From contig NC_057720.1 in NCBI RefSeq assembly GCF_004010195.1, positions 19,668,401 through 19,732,400 of the forward strand: a DNA stretch of 64,000 bases, in the 5' to 3' direction. Positions 1 to 11,609 of the stretch are shown here, piece by piece. Below the pieces are notes generated by a model. The model was not told the DNA's origin. It was given only the letters and a program-made list of their open reading frames with translations, and made no database searches. A program made the position numbers and the translations under genes. This stretch comes from Chiloscyllium plagiosum (lineage: Eukaryota). Within the stretch, counting starts at the first letter, position 1, and each line of letters begins with the position of its first letter.

Positions 1-146
1 GTGGGAGTGGCAGAGTCAGAATCATTGGTGACCTTTAAGCGGCAATTGGATAGGTACATGGATGGGTGCTTAAGCTAGGACAAATGTTCGGCACAACATC
101 GTTGGCCGAAGGGCCTGTTCTGTGCTGTATTGTTCTATGTTCTATG
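1..146 (+). mobile_element. CR1/L2-type LINE 3' end
   Basis: Encodes a FKRQLDRYM-type ORF2 end, then GGCCGAAGGGCCTGTT and a (GTTCTAT)n tail. It abuts the ERV gag at about 146. Confidence 0.75.
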
Positions 147-883
147 GCCCGGACCTCTGTGTGGGTCCAGGGCTTATCAAGGGGAGTAGATCCAATCATA
201 ATATGAGGAAATTGGCATTCAGTGCCCTGGTCTTTCAGGGCAGCAGCCGTGCTGCGTGTGAGCCTGATGTTATTGACTGGGTTGGGCAGCGGTAGTGAGT
301 CAGGTTGCCCAGCGGCTGCTGTATCCTGCTGCGAGCTTCTCATGAGCTGCATGGTAACAAGGGCAGCCATTTCATGTAGCAGCGGGTCTGGCTCTGGGGC
401 TGGTCAGGGAAGTTTCGGGTATTCCTCGGCGTAGGGTGGCAGGGCTGTGCCCGGGATGGTAGGGGTCGGGGATGTTTTGCTGCGGTTTGTACTTTAGGGG
501 GCTGGTGGTTTTTGGCAATATCCCAAAATTTTGCCAGACACTGTGACATGAGGGATCCCCGTGCCCCCACCCCCTGTAATGGCCGTGGTCCAGTAATCAA
601 TTTTATTAATTTTGAAGGACCCCCTCAGATGGCCAATTCCCTTGGGACCAGGAGTAAAGGTCCCTTGTCAAGGGGATAACGTAGCGGCTGTCGCCTGTGT
701 GTTTTAGCATGGTGTCTGTCAGTCACCCAGGTGTAACAAGAGCATCTCCTACCTTGTTCTCAAAGATTACATATTTACCATGCCTTTTCAGGGTAGTCTT
801 GTACCGTTCTCACCACTAGGTTGGGTTTGCCCAGCTCCCACAGCTGGCATCTTCCACCAGACGGTGGATATCCGTGCGCCCAT
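146..883 (-). pseudogene. Decayed retroviral gag (MA - late domain - start of CA)
   Basis: Read across frameshifts: possible start MGARIS (883), WPSEG(+1)SF (about 614-635), LPPY (431-442), YPKL (410-421), and NIRLTRS...CQFPHIMIGSTPLDKPWTHTEVRA (ORF 35..370). Confidence 0.65.
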
Positions 884-1779
884 GGTGTCCTGGATGATTT
901 GTAAGTGCTGTATTTAGGTTTCGAGGCAAAAAACAGAGATGGAGAGCTAACAGGACACACAGGCAGTGAGTGATTGACAGGTTAGGCAATAAAAGTCACT
1001 AAAGCGTGTAATCGCTGCCCGCAAAGTAAACAAACACTTCAGCGCGGAACAAACATGGCCAGATGGGACACCTGAAATTAACAAAGCAAGCACTCAGTAA
1101 CCACAGAACAAGCAGACACACCCAAAACAAACTCTTAGACAGCACAGGACAGGACAAAACAGCAGGCCCCAGTCAATTGCGTTTGAGCTGTGGATATATC
1201 AGTAGTAAAGCGAGAATTTGATGAGTGCTCTCTCCACGTATGTTTGCCTAACTTTCTCTGCCTGACCGTCTTTCTCCTGGCTAGATCAGGTTTGTGACAG
1301 AAGTCCTGGCTCAAGCCGGATCATGCATGGGCCAAATTAATGTTTGTTGCAAAAAATTTTAGGTAAATAATTTAGCACAGCTGACAACCTCTGCAGGCCC
1401 AGTCCACGCTGCTCAATTCCGAATTACCGGCTGCCAGTTAACTTACTTTCCCACCAGACTACCTCCACAGGCCAAGCCAGTACTCAACTTCCAAATTGTA
1501 GCAGCCTGCTGCCAAATAGTTAAATTTGGTGATTAATTTATTCGCTTACCAGACTACCTCAACAGGCTGAGTGAGTCCTGGCAGCAATTTAGGAGCCAAG
1601 TCACTACTCAACTTCCAAATTGCAGTAGCTGAAGCCAATTCGCTGCAGATCAGAATTGTGGCCACCCTCCACAGTCGTCCAGCCTTTCTCTGGTCTGACC
1701 CTCTGGGCAGGGCTGGCTGCCAGGTAAGAATTGGGTTATCTGGCTCGCTTACCCTGTTGAGAGAAAGAGAAAAAAAGGG

Positions 1780-1796
1780 CCTGCCGACTAACGCCA
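1780..1796 (-). promoter_or_regulatory. Primer binding site complementary to tRNA-Ser 3' end
   Basis: Minus strand TGGCGTTAGTCGGCAGG versus TGGCGTAGTCGGCAGG expected from the vertebrate tRNA-Ser end CCUGCCGACUACGCCA (one extra base). It follows the LTR end CA. Confidence 0.8.
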
Positions 1797-1799
1797 AAC

Positions 1800-2706
1800 T
1801 GTCAGAGAAATTTGCTCAGTAAATTAGAGATCACAAAGCACAGTTCGAAGTGAAATTGACAAACAGTTTATTAGTGCGGCAATATCGAGGAAGAGAAACT
1901 GACTAAGCTGAAACAGGACAGACAGTCTGCTCAGGCAGTCAAGGAGCCTCTTCCCAGAGCTGAGGATAAGACCAATTTTTTTTTTATTTAACCCCCACAC
2001 TACCACCTAAGTGCGGTAGTGCGAAATGATGCACTCCACTCCCTGCGGCGCCCACCTCTCCCTGAACAACTCCAGGGTGTTGGTCGACGCCGCGTGCTCC
2101 TTCTCCAAGGACACCCGGGCTCTAACATAACCGCGGAAGAGGGGCAGGCAGTCGGCCCTAACGACCCCCTCCTGTTGATGGCCAGTTTGGCCAGGCCCAG
2201 GAGCAGACCCACGAGGAGGTCTTCAGACCTGCCCTCCTTCCTCCGTACCGGGTGCCCAAAGATCAGGAGCGTGGGACTGAAGTGCAACCAAACACAGAGG
2301 AGAAGGTTTTTAAGAAAATCAAAAAGGGAATGCAAACACCCACACCCAATATACACGTGGTCCACGGACTCCACAGCGCCACAGAACAAGCAATTGGGCT
2401 GGGAGTCTGTGAACCACCACAATCTGCGGTTGCAGGGGACTGCTGCGTGCAGCACCCTCCACCCCAGATCCCCGAGAGAAAGGGGGAGGACTCCCGCATA
2501 GAGAGCCCTCCACTGGGGATCCCCACTGCCCGGTGGCAAATGGGCACGAAGACCAATTTTTATAATGATCTTGTGCAATAAGGCTAATTAAAAATGGGGA
2601 AAATACAATGTATCTGGAAATAGAGTAATCTAGTTACAAGGATGCTAATCGGAAAACAGTTATCGGATGAATGTCCTGTTCCTTCACACAATGCAACACC
2701 CTGACA
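1800..2706 (-). repeat. ERV 5' LTR (about 326 bp after removing the Tx1 insert)
   Basis: Minus strand starts TGTCAG (2706) and ends CTGACA (1800). TATAAAAA at 2564-2557 and AATAAA at 1872-1867. Confidence 0.8.
1981..2548 (-). mobile_element. 5'-truncated Tx1/L1-clade LINE (ORF2 C-terminal zinc-binding region)
   Basis: ORF 2000..2578 contains DLGWRVLHAAVP...CLFCGAVESVDHVYIGC. A-rich tail near 1976-1990. TSD AAGACCAATTTTT at 1968-1980 and 2549-2561. Confidence 0.85.
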
Positions 2707-3186
2707 GTATCGATGGTTCCATTCCTCTTCACAAGTAGGTGTTAATGTCTCCTCTGAAGTGGTGAGGTGCTTCCATTGTCTTGTCCTGGGAGCAGTGCTC
2801 TTGCTAGTGCCTTTCTGTCTGACCTGCTCTTTGTGTGGCTTTGGTATTGCTGGGTTGTGAAACTAGCCTTGGGGCTTTGGGATAGCTGTGTTGCTCTGAC
2901 ATTTTTAGTGGGAGCTTGGAATGTATTCCCTTGTCTGCGAGTGCTGTCTAGTCAGGGATCTAGCCTGCTTGATCCCTGCTGAGGTATTCTGGGTATTTTT
3001 GGTACCATTGGCCAATTTTGCTTCGTTGGCAGGAGGGGAGATCTTTTCCCACAGAAGGTATGGAAGGGGTGGGGGTGTGCAATGCTGGCCAATCAGAGGC
3101 CAGCAGCTATCTTGTTCGCCAGTACCAGAAGGTGGCTGATATGGACATGACAATGAGAGGATGTTCAGGATTGGGAGGTAAGTCAT

Positions 3187-4298
3187 GGTCATAGAATCAT
3201 AGAGTCATGGAGATGTACAGCATGGAAACAGACACTTCGGTCCAACCCATCCATGCTGACCAGATATCCCAACCCAATCGAGTCCCACCTGCCAGCACCT
3301 GGTCCAATATCCCTCCAAATCCTTCCTATTCATATACCCATCCAGATGCCTTTTAAATTTTGCAATCGTACCAGCCTCCACCACATCCTCTGGTAGCTCA
3401 TTCCATACCCGTACCACCCTCTGTGTGAAAAAGTTGCCCCTTAGGTCTCTTTTATATCTTTCCCCTCTCACCCTAAACCTATGCCCTCTAGTTCTGGATT
3501 CCCCGACCCCAGGGAAAAGANNNNNNNNNNNNNNNNNNNNNNNNNNNNNNNNNNNNNNNNNNNNNNNNNNNNNNNNNNNNNNNNNNNNNNNNNNNNNNNN
3601 NNNNNNNNNNNNNNNNNNNNNNNNNNNNNNNNNNNNNNNNNNNNNNNNNNNNNNNNNNNNNNNNNNNNNNNNNNNNNNNNNNNNNNNNNNNNNNNNNNNN
3701 NNNNNNNNNNNNNNNNNNNNNNNCTATCTACCTGCAACTCCACATTCAAGGAGCTATGAACCTGCACTCCAAGGTCTCTTTATTCAGCAACACTCCCTAG
3801 AACCTTACCATTAAGTGTATAAGTCATGCTAAGATTTGCTTTCCCAAAACGCAGCACCTCACATTTATCTGAATTAAACTCCATCTGCCACTTCTCAGCC
3901 CATTGGCCCATCTGGTCAAGATCCTGTTGTAATCTGAGGTAACCTTCTTCGCTGTCCACTCACCTCCAATTTTGGTGTCATCTGCAAACTTACGACCTGT
4001 ACCTCTTATGTTTGCATCCAAATCATTTATGTAAATGACAAAATGTAGAGGATCCTTGTGGCACTCCACTGGTCACAGGCCTCCAGTCTGAAAAACAACC
4101 CTCCACCACCACCCTCTGTTTTCTACGTTTGAGCCAGTTCTGTTTCCATATGGCTAGTTCTCCCTGAGATTCCATGAGATCTAACCTTGCTAATCAGTCT
4201 CCCGGGGAAACCTTGTCGAACGCCTTACTGAAGTCCACATAGATCATGTCTGCCCTCATCAATCCTCTTTGTTACTTCTTCAAAAACTCAATCAAGTG
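3187..4298 (-). mobile_element. CR1-type LINE 3' fragment (gap inside)
   Basis: RT motifs YINDLD...KFADDTKIGG, C-terminus FFTQRVVRVWNELP, and a (CATAGAGT)-type tail. Confidence 0.9.
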
Positions 4299-4418
4299 GT
4301 CAGACAGCTTTCACAGGTGGGGGTTACAGTAAAGGATTTAGAGGGTAGGCGAGTAGACCACAGCAGGCCCCTCCTATTCTTGATGCCCTCACTTGATCAG
4401 GCACTGACTATCTTGATT

Positions 4419-5895
4419 GAAGTTAAAAATCACCAGGTTATAGTCCAACAGGTTTATTTGGACGTACAAACTTTTGGAATGCTGCCCCTTCATCAGGTAC
4501 CTAGTGGGGCAGCATCATAGGACACAGAATTTATAGTAAAATATCAAAGTGTCATAAAACTGATGCACTGTATTGAACAATCCTAGATTGCTGTTCAGTC
4601 TTTAATCACTTAGAATGGGTTGCAGGTTTCAATTCATTAATATGAAATCACACTCACATACTCATGCAGACCCTCTCTCATACACATGTTCTCTCTCAGG
4701 TGCGCGCGTGCGTGCACAGACACACAGATACACACCCACCATCTCACAGGCATATACTCCATCATACTCCCACACACTCTATCAACCACGCACACCCATA
4801 TACACACACGCTCTCACATGCGCGCATGTGGTGAAACGGTTAAAAATTATGTCCCAATACATGTGTGAATCTAACCGGAATGGAGGTGTTGCTTAGTCCC
4901 GTGTGAATCTTATTACACACCTCCCCGTGTGAATCTTCTTATCTGTATGTAACCAGAATGGAATGTGTTTTTTAGCCTTGCTCTGCTGTTCACATGAATG
5001 TTTATATCTGGAAAAGAGTATATCAGCTGGAAAAGTCTCCAGTTCGGTGAGTCTGCTCCGGGGTTGCGTTTAACCGCCGAGCGTGGGTTGTTGGCAACCG
5101 CTCTACGAGAACTGACGGCTCCCAGTTCCGGTAACATGTAGAGTGAGTATAAGCCAGACCCGTTGTAAGTATGAGACCTGGTTGTGGCGACGCTGCGGGG
5201 AATAAAATGCTCATATTCTAGCAGACTCGCCTCTTGGTCGTTTGTTCTGTGTCAGACTACTCTCCTACGAACCTGACCTTGAGAATTTTTTAAAACAGCG
5301 CACACACACACTTTCTCCCTCTCTCCCACACACACACACTCACACAATCTCTCACTCTCCCTCACATGCATGACATACACATATAAGTCTATGGGGTGAA
5401 TTTGCATTTGCAGATATATTCTATTTTGTTCAAAAGACACACAATCTATAGGCTGTCAGTCCATGTGACATTTTATAAATTCCTATTTTGGAAGTAGAAC
5501 CAGTCTGACTCAAGGATGGAATTGAGACTGGCTCTAACCTCAGACCTTCAATACATTGTCTGAGCTGAGATATCACTTTTTTTTGTATAAAACCTTGTTA
5601 TCTTGGGAATGTGACTTTAAAAACATCTGGGATTTACGTCTTAATGAATTGAAACCTGCAACCCATTCTCAGTGATTAAAGACTTAACAGCAATCTAGGT
5701 TTGTCCAATACAGCGCGTCAATTGCATGACACTTTGATCTTTTACTATAAATTCTGTGTTCTATGATACTACCCCACTAGCTACCTGATGACAGAGCAGC
5801 ACTTTGAAAGCTTGAATAAACCTGTTGGACTATAACCTGGTGTTGTGTGATTTTTAACTTTGTCCACTCCAGTCCAACATGGACACCTCCACATC
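4419..5895. mobile_element. Penelope-like element with inverted terminal segments, interrupted by a solo LTR
   Basis: About 4419-4650 is the reverse complement of about 5630-5861. Each arm has a decayed CTGATGA..GAAA motif and AATAAACCTGTTGGACTATAACCTGG. The middle is CA-rich. Confidence 0.7.
4827..5297 (+). mobile_element. Solo LTR (471 bp)
   Basis: TG...CA ends, 5-bp TSD GCGCA (4822-4826 and 5298-5302), AATAAA at 5201-5206, CpG-rich. Confidence 0.8.
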
Positions 5896-6582
5896 TTTCC
5901 TGAAGAAGGGCTTATGCCCGAAACGTCGATTCTCCTGTTCCCTGGATGCTGCCTGACCTGCTGCGCTTTTCCAGCAACACATTTTCAGCTCTGATCTCCA
6001 GCATCTGCAGACCTCACTTTCACCTCCACATCTGAAAAGACCACTCCCTCCGTGACTCCCTCGTCAGGTCCACACCCCCCACCAACCCAACCTCCACCCG
6101 GCACCTTCCCCTGCAACCGCAAGAAATGCAAAACTTGCGCCCACACCTCCCCCCTTACTTCCCTCCAAGGCCCCAAGGGACACNNNNNNNNNNNNNNNNN
6201 NNNNNNNNNNNNNNNNNNNNNNNNNNNNNNNNNNNNNNNNNNNNNNNNNNNNNNNNNNNNNNNNNNNNNNNNNNNNNNNNNNNNNNNNNNNNNNNNNNNN
6301 NNNNNNNNNNNNNNNNNNNNNNNNNNNNNNNNNNNNNNNNNNNNNNNNNNNNNNNNNNNNNNNNNNNNNNNNNNNNNNNNNNNNNNNNNNNNNNNNNNNN
6401 NNNNNNNNNNCCACCTATTGCATTTCCAAAGCCCCTCCCCCCAACTCCCTCCTCCCTACCTTTTATCTTAGCCTGCTGGACACACTTTCCTCATTCCTGA
6501 AGAAGGGCTTATGCCCAAAACGTCGATTCTGCTGTTCCTTGGATGCTGCCTGACCTGCTGCGCTTTTCCAGCAACACATTTT
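5896..6582 (+). mobile_element. Two tandem Penelope-like fragments (GIY-YIG region and terminal repeat)
   Basis: Encodes PGTFPCNRKKCKTCAH..LQGPK. Terminal motif CTGAAGAAGGGCTTATGCCC(G/A)AAACGTC occurs twice. Target CACCTCCACATC occurs three times. Confidence 0.8.
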
Positions 6583-9145
6583 CACCTCCACATCATGGCT
6601 ACCTTGAATGAGGGATTGCCTTCCTCCAGAGAGACTACAATTGTGCCACCCAGATTTACTTCCCCACCTCTGCAGCTGGGTCGACTATAACTAGCAAGAC
6701 AAACCTATTAAATGATCATTATTTAGCTGGGTGGGAAGCCTGAGCATGGGTTTCTGTGTCTACACTTCACCTTGGTGGAGATGGGAAGGTGATGAACTGC
6801 TTGCATTCCAACCTACTGCCTGATTAGATAGCCTTCTTGCTGCCAAACATTTATACAGACCAGAAAATAACCTCCTCAACATTTCAGGTCACCTTTTCCT
6901 GAGGAACAGAACCTTACCTTTCAGATCAACACTTTGCATCTATCTACTCAACGCTGAACTCAACAACTTTAGGTTATGACTCCAGTCTCCATCATGTTCT
7001 GTGTTTTCATTTCCTCGCTTTTTTAATTATTTTGCTGGATCAGTCTTCATTTTTAAAAACTATTTTCAGATTACATCCAAATGGTCTTGTATAACCATCC
7101 ATGCCTCATTTAGACATAACTTTGGTTTCTTTATTGTATCTGTTATCCCTCTCTTTGGTTGTTATATCACAAAATCTTTTACATTTGATTTCTCCTTCGC
7201 CTGACCCTATCACAGACCTTCATTTGAGTTCTTCTGGTCTCCCCCAACTACTTCATACTGTCTGAAAACATGCTTACGTTTTAACTTTTCTTCAATTCTG
7301 TTGAGAAGATCCCTTAACCCAAAACGTTAACCCTATTTCTGTCCTCTGAGCCTGAGTTTTTCCAGCATTTGTTTTGTTTCTCATTATCGTGTTGGTGAGT
7401 GCAGTGCCAGTGTGTATTGGGGGTGCATGTTACTGTTGAGTTTGTGGCAATGTAATACAATTGCAACCAAAATTGTGCAGTAAATAGTGCTACAGTTAAA
7501 ATTGTGTTGACAATTGATTATCAACATTGTTGTGTATAGTCGGTTATCTTATTGCATCATATTCATTGCGTGTTTTTGCGGACACGGTATTTAATATGGA
7601 ACAAATTCTGTGCAGTACATTCCAAGCTGTACACATGTGTATCTTGTTCAGAGCGTTGTTGCTGCATTACATTATTATCACTTGTAGTTGTACAGACTAC
7701 AGTTAGACTGTGTATCGTGCAAGTGTATCACCACAATAACTAACCATGAAGCTATTGCAGGGAAGGAGTTCATTTGACCTGTCTTGTTCATTCTAGCTAT
7801 AATGTAAGGCAATCTAGCTCATCCTACTCTCCTGTTATTTTCCTGTGATCCTGCAAATGATTTCTCTTCAGATAATTGTCTAGTTTTCTTTTTTTTTGTA
7901 AATATTTTTATGGAGAAAAAAGATTTTAATTTTTTTTACAAAATTACAAAATCACTACAAAATAGAATAACAACCTCATAATATAATGACAATAATAATA
8001 GAAAACAAACTACTACTCTACTCCATAAACCACTAAGGAGAGGGAGAAGAGAAAATAGACTTAACCTTTCAGATCCATTCTGAACAGTTCTGAAGAATTC
8101 GACCCGAAACATTGACTCAACTTTCTCTCCACAGATGCTACCAGACCTGCTTGAGTTCCTCCAGCAATTTCTGTTAGTGTTTCAGATTTCCAGCATCCAC
8201 CTTTCTTTGGTTTTTCTCCTCTTCTGCTTTGGTATCATATTTCGCATGTTAATGCTTCTCTGAAGTGACGTGGGATTTTTACTGCTCTGAAGGTGCTATT
8301 GAAATCCAAGTTATTGTTGTGTACTAAATATACCACTGTTGTAAAACAGGATTGACACTAGGCCTGTTTCTCAGGCTGGACTAGGGTGCATTCCTTCTGC
8401 ACATAGTTCACATTTCATGTGTTTCTGTGGATCACACCAGGTTCCCTTTAGAAAATGGCTTTCAAAAACGGTAAACATAAGTTTCAGGTATTTTCCTTCA
8501 ATGGTTACTGTTAGAATTTTAAAAAAAAATTATTTCAAATATAATACTCTATTATTTTAACAGATGTCAACTCATCCTCAATCCCAATCCTCTTCACAAC
8601 CTAATTTGTGATAGTTTTGTGAAGGGACGCTTAACAATCCTGACATAAAGGGTTAGTTTGTTTGGGCAATGCACTGAATGTACAATAAGAATAAGAATGT
8701 ACAATATTCACCCAGGCACACACTCATCCACAATGTGGGATATTTTGAAATGAATGGTATGCTGGTCCAGTTACATTACTTTGCTTCCACATGTGGTGCT
8801 TTGAACTGAAGCTTATTTGACATTCAAAGTTTTTGTCAGATCACATTTTTTGTTTGGTGTCCTAATTTTTTAGTACCTATTACAAGCTATTAGATAGAAT
8901 TATGTGTTTTCAGGCAGTGAAACAGCTGGATTAAAATGCTGGGAGCTGCTCAATGTCTGATAGAGTATTCTTTCTGGTGTATCAAGTTACAAGCCCCTTC
9001 CCATCAGTTGCGTTGTTCTATCACGCTGCTGTCACGATGCCTCTTTGCACTTGCTACTGTCTGGAAATGTCAGGGACATATGTGCTTGCCACTTTCTTCA
9101 CATTTGTACTGCTAGGTGCCTGCTGAATTCTCTGTGCAACAAGCA

Positions 9146-9340
9146 ATGGCACCAATGCAGACGATAGACCTAACAACTATATTTACTGCAACTAGTTTAA
9201 AGAAGAAAACAGCCACACCCACCGTCACACAGCAAGCGCGAGAATCCACAACCACAACTAAAAAAATAAAATCATTTGTTTTCTTTGAGGTGGAAATCCT
9301 TGATGCCAAGACCAAGGAACAGCTCTGCTTCCTCGACAAG
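9146..9340 (+). CDS. TECR: TECR-family enoyl-CoA reductase, coding exon 1 (exon acceptor at 9115; start ATG inferred)
   Basis: MAPMQ...FFEVEILDAKTKEQLCFLDK then AAG|GTGAGA. Exact paralog identity (TECR vs a TECR-like ohnolog) is uncertain. Confidence 0.85.
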
Positions 9341-9842
9341 GTGAGAATCTAAACCTTACTTTCCACATGCATTAATTATAGCCATTGATTCTTTAAGATG
9401 TAAATATCTTGTGTGGTTTGCTTTTGATCCATGGCTCCTCTCATAGTGCTCACTGAGTACAATGGTGCCCCAGCCTTTGTACGGAGTGGGAAGGTGTTCC
9501 AACCTTCTGTCTATTTTTACACCATTTCAAGTGACTAATTAATTTGGAGGGCGTTTTGAAGCGACTTTGTTGGTGTACTTTTAACTAGGTCACAAAGGCT
9601 GAAGCCAGGATTGAAGGCTCTTGGAAAAAATTCTGCTTTTGTTGCAGGGCAGTGGAATTTATTCCGACCAGCGCTGTGTTCTTTAGCATCTGAATGTCAT
9701 AGTAATGAATAGCTGTGTCCTTGGTTCAGCATAATTTAAGACTTCTTTTTGTCTTGAAATTTGCATTTCAATGTATGAGACTCCCTTTCTGCTTCGAGTT
9801 TGTTTGCATCTTCTGACTGCATTTTGTTTGCATCTTATTTAG

Positions 9843-9894
9843 GTGGAGCCAAATGCCACAGTTGGAGAAATTAAATCTATGTTCCATAAGTCAT
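9843..9894 (+). CDS. TECR: TECR-family exon 2 (52 nt)
   Basis: ttag|VEPNATVGEIKSMFHKS|gtaagt. Confidence 0.95.
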
Positions 9895-10791
9895 GTAAGT
9901 AAAAACATCTGAGGAGACTTTGTGGAAATCCCAATGACAGCATCCTTATCGTATTTTTGAATTCATTTGTCTATTTTTGTGTTCAGTTTGTCCATTTGCT
10001 TTATTTTCTTTCCTGTTCTTTGTCAAAATTCAGTTTACGCCACTATTTTTAGTCCAGAGATTTCTTTCCTTAACTGCGTGGAGTTGAGGTGGTTTGTGAA
10101 GCAAACTCCCACAGAGGTTATAAATCATTAGCTACAAATCCTTTTGGACAGGCTGACAATTCCTGGATTTTAGTCTATTTATTCCTCTCTCCACCAGCTG
10201 CCCTCGGGGATAAATTTAATAATAGTTATTATGAGGATGAAATCTGATAGCTGGAAAGCAGAAAAAAACAAATAGACATAAGGCAGTATGGGAGAAGTAG
10301 CAGCTTCAAATTGGAGGTAAATTGGATGTAAATTTGTGTTTTTATATGGTGGGGAGAAAGGTGGATATCTGTATTTAGAGCTCTCTTGCATAGAAATGTA
10401 GAAACTAGGAGCATATGTATACCATTAGCCCTTTGAGCTTGCTTCACTGTTCAGTATGGTTATGGCTGATACCCCATCTCAACGCCATATTCCCATTTTC
10501 TTCCCATGCCCCTTGATGCCTTTTAAAATTTAAAAATCTAGCTTTCTCTTTCTTGAATATATTTAGTGATCTGCCTCTACAACCTTCTGTGGCAGGGAAT
10601 TCCACTGTTTCACTATCCTTTGAGTGAAGAAATATTTCCTCATCTAATTCCTAAATGATTCCTAACTCATCCCTACCTGATATCTGAGACTGTGTCCCCT
10701 TGTTCTAGACTCCCCATCCAGGGGGAAACATCTCCCTGCATCTGTCCAGCCCTGTTGGATTTTATACATTAATCAGATCCTCTCTCCTTCT

Positions 10792-11422
10792 TGTTGTGGA
10801 CCAGACTAGACTCCCTCCAAATATATTAACAAGTTAGCCCAGACCCTAATTTTTTCTTATTTTAAAGACAAGCGTGAATTATTGCATTCTGGATGCAATT
10901 TGATTCGTCAAATTACAGGATTTGAAGCAAAACACACTTTATTCATACACTATAGTTAAAATACAAGAAAAGAAAAGAATTGGCTTAGCTATAACTCTAT
11001 TGAAATGCTTAATAAAATATTACATAAAGTAATTATTACTAATTAACTGTTCCAATATGGGATTACCCATAAACACACCCTTGACAAAGGCAAATTAAAA
11101 AAAAAAGCAGTTTATCTCCCATTCAATTCCAGTAGAGGAAGAGAACCCCAACTTTTAGCTGTAACTGAGAGAGGGGGAAAAAAACAGCTCCTCCCTCTTC
11201 AAGGCCCCAGTAGAAACTGTTACTGAAAAACTAACAGTTCAGGTTCTGTGAGAGGTTGAACATATCCGTTCAGGCTGTTTCTACTGTTCCAACTTTTAAA
11301 ACAAGGCCTCACAAACTGTTTACTCTAGTGGCTCCGCATACACTGCTTGTTACCGTTGCCTTAAAACCTCTCTTCAAAGCAAAAGGACAAAATACACCTC
11401 TTAAAGCCATAGTCTCATCACA
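10792..11422 (-). mobile_element. Probable solo LTR (about 631 bp) inserted in an old CR1 fragment
   Basis: Minus strand TGTGATG...CACAACA, AATAAA at 10943-10938, flanks TTCT/GTCT (imperfect 4-bp TSD). CR1 sequence resumes on both sides. Confidence 0.55.
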
Positions 11423-11609
11423 GTCTTCGTGAATACAGGCCCAGTTGAATTAATCTATCCTCACAGGACAATCCTGACATCCCCACTATCAGCCTAATTA
11501 GCCTCTGCTCACTCCCTCTATGACAGGAATATCCTTTCTTAAATAGGGACAACATATACTGGAGTATACACACTATACTCCAGGTATGATTTCATCTAGC
11601 CCCTGGGTA

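Larger units (their letters stand above)
146..2706 (-). mobile_element. Endogenous retrovirus, 5' half (LTR-PBS-leader-decayed gag), gamma/epsilon-like gag
   Basis: LTR 2706..1800 with 6-bp terminal inverted repeat. PBS at 1796-1780, 3 nt from the LTR end. Donor AGG|GTAAGC near 1750. Gag-like motifs follow downstream. Confidence 0.8.

Noticed and set aside
1780..1796. tRNA-Ser 3' end sequence as a tRNA fragment or gene
   Set aside because: It is only 17 nt and sits next to an LTR end, so it is better explained as a PBS.
2000..2578. 192-aa ORF as a host gene
   Set aside because: It is a Tx1 ORF2 fragment whose frame begins by chance at a non-ATG codon in LTR sequence.
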